The notes under the pieces are model-generated. The model did not search any database. It saw only the letters and a program-made list of their open reading frames with translations, and had not been told where the DNA came from. The translations under genes were made by a program, and so were the position numbers. From Octopus bimaculoides (lineage: Eukaryota): a DNA stretch of 46,740 nucleotides. Positions 38,110 through 46,740 of this stretch are shown one piece after another (positions within the stretch are counted from its first letter, which is position 1; the number at the start of each line of letters is the position of its first letter). The stretch lies in contig NC_068988.1 of assembly GCF_001194135.2 (NCBI RefSeq), forward strand, positions 21,924,744 through 21,971,483, given 5' to 3'.

Positions 38110-39130
38110 GAAAAAATATACAAAACTATTTGGTTAATTGTTGATTTCTCGGATGGAAAATATTTCAATTTTCGACGCTAAGAAACACTCAATATCATGT
38201 TTAACCGTTTTTAGAAGATAATAAAATATTTTCCCCCTAAATACTTTTGCAATGATCTGAAAAGGTCCACAGTCGGGTGGAGCAAGGTCAAACGAGTAAG
38301 GAGGTTGAGGCGACGCTTCCATATTTACTGCCATAATCTTTTCTTGGGTTACTTCGGTGATATGTGGTCTTGCATTATCGTGTAACAGCAACATCCCCTT
38401 TACGATTAACAAATGGTTGCGCTTTTTCTGTCAATTTTTGTGCAGTTCCAATTGATGGCAACACATTTCAGTAGTAACTGTTTCATTTCGGTTGAACATT
38501 TATGGTAGACGACATTTTTATCTCACAAGAAACACAGAACAAAAGTGTTTTTAGGTGTAGTCCTGGTTTAAGGATAGATTCTCCTTTTCCATTGGCTGCT
38601 AACATCGTCTTTTCACTGGTTATGATCATAGAGAACCTACTTTTTGCCAGCTTTGATGATTCTACCCGGGAAAGTTTCGGTAGTAAGACTACTCTTCAAT
38701 GACAAACGGTGGGAGTGGAAGAGCAACACTTTGATTAAATTGAGAAGCAGTCGATTTGCGAAAGACCTTCTGACTAATTAAGACACTTTTCTCAGTTCAT
38801 GAAGGTGTCTTATGATCAATGTGTGTCTTGAATTGAACTCTTTTGCTAATTAATTCCAGTGAAATTCGCTTTGGATCTTATTCGACTACGATTTTCAAGA
38901 ACTCGGAACTTGGTCATCCAGATCGAGGGGAATCTACGAGAGAATATGTTGCCGAGCGAGAATGGCCAAACTAACATTAGCATTTCCAAACAATGAAGGC
39001 TTTATTTCTGTAAACAAAATGAATATTTCTTACCGCTTCTATTATTGTAGAGCCCCTTTTGCATTCTTGCAGCATACAGTGTATGATACAGGCGTGATTT
39101 GAACTCTTTTTCAGCGAGTTGAATTCGATA
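38110..39130 (-). mobile_element. Mariner transposase relic, near full length, heavily disrupted
   Basis: N-terminal MLQECKRGSTIIEAVRNI…SLVDSPRSG (about 39080-38920), a WVPHEL-like remnant near 38790-38810, then LLLHDNARPH and PPYSFDLAPPD (YSPDLAP motif). Confidence 0.92.
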
Positions 39131-39954
39131 CGAATTTAACTACTGCAGTACAAAGTAATCTGCTAAGAATGAGAAAGAATATTAGATTATAAAAACGTCA
39201 TGCTAATTTTAACGTAAGTATTGACAAAGCACCCTCAAAATGACAGTCAAAATCCAACAAGACTTCCTTTCTAATATAATATTTTAGTTAACGTTTACAT
39301 AAACCTGTTATATCTTGCTTCATGTAATACAAGCGTTTCGTTAAATAATTTCTACAAATAAATCCAGTGCTTAGCTGCAGGTGAAACTTTCTTGAAGACG
39401 TTTGACCTGGAAGGAAACTCTACGGCGCCATCGCACCACCGCGTCACTACAATAACCACTTCAGATAATAACGAAAACATGGATTTAATATATCGGCTCT
39501 ACGTCGCAGATGTCATACGAGTTATAGGAAGAATTGTTCGACTAGTGAATATATTGTATTGCTTCAGATGCAATTATATATATAGTTTTTTTCCTCATTT
39601 CTGGAAGGAATGAGTCAGTCTATAGAGTTGACAGTATTAGACAGAAGTGGCTTCCTAAAGCCGATGTGTATTAAAAGAAAAACTTTCCTGTTGACAATGA
39701 GACAAAAAAAAAAAAAGAAAAAAAAAAGAAGCCAACCAAAAGAGAAGAAAAAAAATTACTGAAATATAATGCCTGCTACTAGCAGACTGCTATCTTTGAA
39801 ATGTAAGCAATTATTGATGTATGACATAAGTAATTCAGACAAATAAAACTTTTAATTGCTGCATCGCCCAATGCTTAATGCGAGATATAATTGATGGAGA
39901 AAACCACATTACTGCCATGTATTAGTTTTTTGTTTTTTTTCACATCTTGACAAG

Positions 39955-40012
39955 GGAGACATGGAGACTAATTAATGAAGAAGTAGCTGAAATTAAGTTT
40001 GACACAACGGCG
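39955..40012 (+). CDS. Candidate 58-nt internal coding exon (phase 2 to phase 0): xETWRLINEEVAEIKFDTTA
   Basis: Strong T-tract with acceptor ttgacaAG, donor GCG|GTGAGT, one open frame, AT-rich flanks. Confidence 0.4.
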
Positions 40013-40189
40013 GTGAGTTTCTCACTTTGACGCTACGTTAATGTAATTCTTTTGTTGTTTAACCCCAGGCTGATTCAACATTCAATTAGGAGCATTTTAA
40101 TCCTGGCTACGTTAAGAAAGATGTCTTTTATTTTTAAGGCGCTGGAAAATTTAGAAGTTATAGCCAGCAGTGGTTTGCCTTTCATTTGC

Positions 40190-40516
40190 CTTTTACTTGT
40201 TATTTGTTTCAGTTAGTGGTCTGCGGCCATGCAGGGGCATTGCCTTGAGAAGCTTTCTTTTTAGTCGAACAAATCGATCCCAGTCTTTATTCTATTGGTT
40301 TCTTTTGAGACCTCAAGCTTACTAGGATGCAAACAAACCAACACCGGATACACACACGCGCGTCACAGGAGTATTCGTTTTTACCAGCTGAGTAGACTGG
40401 TGCAATGTGAAATGAAATATTTTGCTCATGAACACAAAGCATTGCCCGCTCCAGGTATTGAAACCACAATCCTATGATCATGAGTTAAGCACATTAACCA
40501 TTAACCACGCGCCTCC
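40190..40516 (-). mobile_element. Chimeric SINE: head type B joined to the family A 3' half
   Basis: Head matches 13389-13520; tail (…aatagaataa…gatcgatttgttcgactaaa…gcatggccgcag…ctgaaacaa) matches 36540-36700. Confidence 0.82.
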
Positions 40517-40539
40517 ATTTCCACGGCGTAGCGTAACCT

Positions 40540-40745
40540 ACATTGGCTTCAAAGCTGGCAATTTCGGAGGAGTGATTAACTCGATTACATCGACTCCAGT
40601 GTCCAACTGGTACTTAGTTTATCGACCCCGAAAGGTTGAAAGGCAAAGTCGACCCTGGCGGCATTTGAAGAGAGAACATAAAAACGGAGGAAATGCTGTT
40701 AAGTATTTTTCCAGGCTTGTTCACGATTCTGCCTACCCGCCACTT
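40540..40745 (-). mobile_element. SINE family M copy
   Basis: ggtacttagtttatcgaccccgaaaggttgaaaggcaaagtcgaccctggcggcatttgaa…cacgattctgcctacccgcc. Confidence 0.9.
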
Positions 40746-41362
40746 TTCAATGTAAGCCATGTTATGAGCGTATAAAAGAAACAGAAGGAGAGAATGAGAG
40801 AGAGGGAGATAGCAATCGACCTAAGTAATTAAACCAATAGATTAGCTATCGGGCTTGGAACGGTGGAATGCAAGATTAATCTCGGTTACATACAACATTA
40901 AAAAACAGGAACCGAAACCAAAATACAAATAGAAAGCTTGCTTACCGAATGGCTTCTAAAGCGACGATCTAAAGGCACTCTCCCACCCCAATACTTTATT
41001 TGTTTTCTTTTTTCCAAATATTCACAGGTGAAACGAAAAATAGACATCATCGACATATTTAGATTTACGTGACGTGATAAAGAGACATGTTTCATGAAAC
41101 AGAAAAAGGTTACTGTTTATTCAGTCAGCCGAAGAAAAAATGTAGGTGAGACTCGTTTAGGAAGTCGCAATTGTATATGTCGCAATGTCAACATAGCAGC
41201 GTTTATGTAAAGGTTACGTACAAATAGGAGGAACTGTGCTGTTTTGAGGTAAGTGAGATTTAAAAAGACATAAGAAAACTCAGACACACAGACACACACG
41301 AATATTTGACTTAGTATGTGTTACTCATAACTTTCTTTCCTTTACGCATTCTCTCTACTAAT

Positions 41363-41409
<47 letters not shown>

Positions 41410-43154
41410 CTGTATACACGTACACACATGCACACACACACACACACTCGCGCGCACGCACATAAATATATGTGTATGTTCTATATCCGAGCGTATTAAG
41501 GGATAAAAAAATATGGGAAGAAAGTAATAGACTTGCACACTGACGTGTATAAACGAACATACGTGTGTGTCTACATATACATACATAGATACATAGACAC
41601 ATACATTTCCAGTTATCATTTAAATATATACAAACATCTCTAGATATGCAACTATATGCATAATACCTATATAAAACATACAAATCTGGACATACATACA
41701 TACATACATACATACATACATGCATGCATGCATAAATATGGAATACATTCATAAATACTAACTCAAGGAATACTGGTGGAATATTCCCATCAAAACGTCT
41801 GTCAAATATAAGCATAACAGGTCGAATATTGTTGTTTTATAATTTTTCTTTAATATTTATTGTTCTATCTGCAGTGCAGTGCAAATATTTCACTTCATTT
41901 AATATATGGTTCGCATTGGTTGCTAAGATGATGGTAAAAATCTAAGAAATATATAAAGCTTACGCTAAAATTTCAGAACCTCATTAGAAGATCCTTACCA
42001 AGTGCATTTATTGATGACTTGAGAGAGAGAACCGATCAATAATTTCTAATATAACCTCATAGTTATTGTAATGAGTTTCTTATTTTGTGTGCCTAAGCTA
42101 TGTAAAACAACGTGGGTACAATCTCCGTGCTGTCAAATGATATCAAAGCAACCTATGAGATGATATATTCTATAACGCATAATAATATATATACGAATAC
42201 CACCTGTATCATTTTATATTATACAACTGACATTGTAGATGACCTTAATAACTCTGTAGAGTTTCTCAATATCAGATCAGAAATCCTAACCCTTTCTCGA
42301 CATTTCATAAATACCTATAGATTCGCGGGAAGATTATATCAAGAATTAATTTAATGGATCCATACTTAGCTATTTAGCGGAGGTAATTAAACTCTTTCCA
42401 TGCCCTTCCTTTATTTGAACCGAAAACCAATCACTAGAATCTCGGCTATTTATAGCATGAAGTCTTCCGGTAAATCACTACAAAATATAATATCAAATTC
42501 ATTGATACTTTCAAATCCTTTACATTTCATAATCTCTACTATATAACAATTTAATTTAAATCTTTCCCCCACATTCCTTCCAATATTATAAGTACCTACT
42601 TTACATATCTAACTATACATGCACTGCGTCCAATATATTATCAATTTATTAAGTATATAGATCAATTACCATTCAACAAACTAATCTAAATCCTACTAAA
42701 CTTACTACAAATCCACATACGCTACCTTTTAAATACACGGACAGAGTTCATCCTAATATAATACATTAAGAGTTATGCCCCTTACTATATCCCCAAACCA
42801 GAATGCAATCAACGAACTGTAAAATACAAATTGGTGCTTAAGTAATTGGCTGATTTTCATTCCTTTTATCGATTATTCATTATATATCATCCATTATAAT
42901 TCACAGACTGCAACTTTTAATATTTTTTTTTTACTTCTACTGTACGTTGAGGGCTCTGATATCGTTTCTGCAAGCGTTTATACAACACAAAAGTCTGCAA
43001 ACACACGAATGTATCTGAATACGTATATTTGTGTCTAGGAATGTGTATGTGTGTGTGTGCGTGTGTGTGTATGTGTGTGTGTGTGTGTGTGCGTTGTTAG
43101 TGCATTTGTGTTTGCGTGCGTGTGTGTGTATGTCTCTCTGTCTCTGTATATATA

Positions 43155-44023
43155 NNNNNNNNNNNNNNNNNNNNNNNNNNNNNNNNNNNNNNNNNNNNNN
43201 NNNNNNNNNNNNNNNNNNNNNNNNNNNNNNNNNNNNNNNNNNNNNNNNNNNNNNNNNNNNNNNNNNNNNNNNNNNNNNNNNNNNNNNNNNNNNNNNNNNN
43301 NNNNNNNNNNNNNNNNNNNNNNNNNNNNNNNNNNNNNNNNNNNNNNNNNNNNNNNNNNNNNNNNNNNNNNNNNNNNNNNNNNNNNNNNNNNNNNNNNNNN
43401 NNNNNNNNNNNNNNNNNNNNNNNNNNNNNNNNNNNNNNNNNNNNNNNNNNNNNNNNNNNNNNNNNNNNNNNNNNNNNNNNNNNNNNNNNNNNNNNNNNNN
43501 NNNNNNNNNNNNNNNNNNNNNNNNNNNNNNNNNNNNNNNNNNNNNNNNNNNNNNNNNNNNNNNNNNNNNNNNNNNNNNNNNNNNNNNNNNNNNNNNNNNN
43601 NNNNNNNNNNNNNNNNNNNNNNNNNNNNNNNNNNNNNNNNNNNNNNNNNNNNNNNNNNNNNNNNNNNNNNNNNNNNNNNNNNNNNNNNNNNNNNNNNNNN
43701 NNNNNNNNNNNNNNNNNNNNNNNNNNNNNNNNNNNNNNNNNNNNNNNNNNNNNNNNNNNNNNNNNNNNNNNNNNNNNNNNNNNNNNNNNNNNNNNNNNNN
43801 NNNNNNNNNNNNNNNNNNNNNNNNNNNNNNNNNNNNNNNNNNNNNNNNNNNNNNNNNNNNNNNNNNNNNNNNNNNNNNNNNNNNNNNNNNNNNNNNNNNN
43901 NNNNNNNNNNNNNNNNNNNNNNNNNNNNNNNNNNNNNNNNNNNNNNNNNNNNNNNNNNNNNNNNNNNNNNNNNNNNNNNNNNNNNNNNNNNNNNNNNNNN
44001 NNNNNNNNNNNNNNNNNNNNNNN
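43155..44023. other. Largest of 13 assembly gaps (others: 1738-1969, 6043-6721, 8472-8545, 10588-10597, 15029-15096, 16163-16621, 21183-21568, 22802-22877, 31903-32720, 45098-45253, 46079-46088, 46560-46569)
   Basis: N-runs, each abutting a microsatellite, homopolymer or low-complexity tract. Confidence 1.
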
Positions 44024-44056
<33 letters not shown>

Positions 44057-45259
44057 GCATACATGCATACAGATATTCACACGTAAACACACATACACAC
44101 ATACAGCGCGCACACACACGTATGCATATAAGATTGAGAGTGAACATGCGTTTGTGAGACAACTGTTAATCAGTTATTAAATTCGTACCAAGTTACACAC
44201 ATACACACACGCAGAGCACGCACGTATATACGCACGTTCACACGCACTAACACGCATAAAATCTCATGCGCAGACACATACAACTAGTGTGTATATGTGT
44301 GTGTGTGTGTGTCTGTGTTAGTGCGTGTGCGTGCGTGTGTATGCATGCAATCTGTGTCTTGTGTGTGACGAAACATTTATTAATGGATTCTAAACTCCCT
44401 ATCATCAGTGTAGCACTATAAACGCATAAATACACATATTAGCACTTATGAAATGCCCTGTCTCTCTCTTAGACACACTCACACACACACATACGCATAA
44501 ATCTGTATGTTCTATGTGCCTATGTGCGTGTTGGTATCATTAAACTCATACATACACGCATAATATATATATATATATGTATATATATACATATGTGCGT
44601 GTGTGTGTGTACATATTTACATGCGTATTTGGTATGTATATATCGTATATGAAGTGCGTGTATCTTGAAATAATTCTATTTACATGGTCGTGTGTTTGTC
44701 TTTATGCAGAGGTTACGTCATAGATATCGTGAAACATATTGTATAGGGAGAGAAGGGTTACGTATTAGCATATATGTCGGTATTTGTTTGTCTATCGATC
44801 TACCGATTAATCGATCTGCGTGTGTACATGTTTGTAAGAGAGTTGTATGCAATCGCGATGTAATATTGTAAATGGAATGCAATACTTGAAGGATGGCGAT
44901 ATCACCTCGTTGCATCAGGGAATAAGATTTAGAATCGGAAATCCTCTCCGTAAAACTCGTTCTTCGACTCCTCTAGATGTTTCTTCACCTCCTCCTCCTC
45001 ACCCCCCTCCTCCTCATCATCATCGTCATAGACGTCGTCTTCCTCATAATTCTCAGCATCCTCATCGCCGTCGTTGTCGTCGTCCTCTTCCTTCCCGNNN
45101 NNNNNNNNNNNNNNNNNNNNNNNNNNNNNNNNNNNNNNNNNNNNNNNNNNNNNNNNNNNNNNNNNNNNNNNNNNNNNNNNNNNNNNNNNNNNNNNNNNNN
45201 NNNNNNNNNNNNNNNNNNNNNNNNNNNNNNNNNNNNNNNNNNNNNNNNNNNNNCATCAT

Positions 45260-45300
<41 letters not shown>

Positions 45301-45849
45301 TCGTCGTCGTCGTCTTCGTCGTGGTCATTCTAATTCATATCCTACATTTTTTTACTGCAGCATCTAGAACTCTGGCTTCTACTTACATCCAGATCCAAAT
45401 GAAGCATGAATTGCATTGATCCTTCCAATCTTACAGACATTTACTTTTATGTAAGAATACGCCAGAGGAAACAGAAGTATAGATACAAAATTGTCCTGGT
45501 ATATTCAAGTATCATTTTCGAATAAACTGTATCAGATTTCTGGACGACTTCTTTTATATTTCGTACCATTTTAGCGTTCCATAATGGCATCGTACATTTC
45601 ACGAATCCTATATGCATACCTTATTTTTGTTCCATTCTCAATCAAAACTGTCCGATGCACATAGCACGTAAAATCAGCACGAGAAAATCTGGACGTAAAA
45701 ATCTGAATAATATTTTTTTGTGATGTCTTTGTAGCTTTATTAATACAGAATATTACTCTACCTATTTTTCCATTTTGTTTCGAATTTATGTGCTTACTCT
45801 GCTAAATATATATATATATAGGGAGGATTCACACACAAAAAGTAAAACA

Positions 45850-45960
45850 AGAGACGAAGACAGGTGGTGTAGAAAACAAATAGATATATTAGTATAACGC
45901 TCGGGAATTGAAAAAATCTTTAACGTTTCGAGCCTACGCTCTTCCGCAGAAAAGAACACA
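45850..45960 (-). mobile_element. Penelope-like-element-type fragment with a degenerate minimal hammerhead motif
   Basis: Minus strand tctttt-CTGcGGA-a-gagc gtag gctc-GAAAC-gtt-aaaga; core A6 is substituted by C. Confidence 0.5.
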
Positions 45961-46033
45961 GAAAGAAACAAGGAGAGAACAAAAATGTGTATAGTGGTTA
46001 GCGATCTATCATGGCGATATATATACATATATA

Positions 46034-46078
<45 letters not shown>

Positions 46079-46109
46079 NNNNNNNNNNGGCGATATATAT
46101 ACATATATA

Positions 46110-46154
<45 letters not shown>

Positions 46155-46678
46155 GCGTGTGCGTGTGTGTGTGTGTGTGTCGTATGTTTAATTGTTCGTA
46201 TTTATGTGCATTGTGTTATATTATACTGATTGAAAATGGTATTTCCCCATAATCCTGAAATCCATTGATATGTAATTAAAACTTTTCATACGTATCTATA
46301 TATACATTTCAATATAAATGCATATATAAATTCTTATATGCACACATATTAATCTTGAGATATTTGATGGACGGGTTTGTCATACGAGGCCACGAAACTG
46401 TAAGTAATGTGGAGCTAAGCGAACTGTTATTAAAATTTTATCCTATCAAATGTCTGGAGTTGTTTCGTTTGTCCAAATCATTAACTCGTATATTTGTACA
46501 CACACACACACAGACAGACACACACAGACAGACAGACACACACAGACAGACAGACACACNNNNNNNNNNGACACACACAGACAGACAGACACACACAGAC
46601 AGACAGACACACACACACATATATGCATGCGTGTGCGTGTTACACATACATACATGACCGTATATCTATGTACGTATG

Positions 46679-46740
<62 letters not shown>

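Noticed and set aside
39030-39080. Apparent first exon MQKGLYNNRS|GTAAGA on the minus strand
   Set aside because: It lies inside the mariner transposase N-terminus (another frame reads QECKRGSTIIEAVRNI).
41028-41145. Plus-strand exon-like unit with a strong acceptor and GTGAGA donor
   Set aside because: Stops in all frames; phase 0 gives only VKRKIDIIDIFRFT* followed by a downstream donor. Unsupported.
41950-42900. AT-rich non-repetitive stretch considered as a NUMT or LINE remnant
   Set aside because: No recognisable mitochondrial gene or RT motif in any frame.
46012-46160. Direct repeat on both sides of a 10-N gap (also 46500-46620)
   Set aside because: Typical unmerged contig overlap at a placeholder gap; probably an assembly artefact.

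Overview
This is eukaryotic, AT-rich, mostly intronic or intergenic DNA. About 3.8 kb (8%) is 13 N-gaps, all flanked by microsatellites or low-complexity tracts, as expected of a short-read scaffold. The repeat families (several tRNA-derived SINEs, R4/Dong-type restriction-like-endonuclease LINEs, an RTE-like LINE end, two mariner relics) and dense (CA)n/(TA)n/(AAT)n/(CAT)n/(TATC)n arrays suggest an octopus or other coleoid cephalopod; this is inference from recalled repeat sequences, not a search. No complete gene, true tRNA/rRNA gene, CRISPR array or prokaryotic system is visible. Nearly all long ORFs in the track are artefacts of N-runs or triplet repeats. The best host-gene signal is an unidentified minus-strand first-coding-exon candidate (25645-25759, MATAVVLQRRYFNSTDRLRTMKKLSGVYPTSMRVSAGQ|GTGAGT) in about 1.3 kb of unique sequence, with tandem CRE/ATF-like sites about 0.9 kb upstream. 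A few weaker plus- and minus-strand exon candidates also exist. The best-supported curiosities concern mobile elements: LINE ends sitting in (AAT)n arrays, modular head/body/tail exchange among SINEs, a split-and-inverted SINE, fold-back inverted repeats and a decayed Penelope-type hammerhead. I found no convincing novel biological system; all exon calls need RNA evidence.
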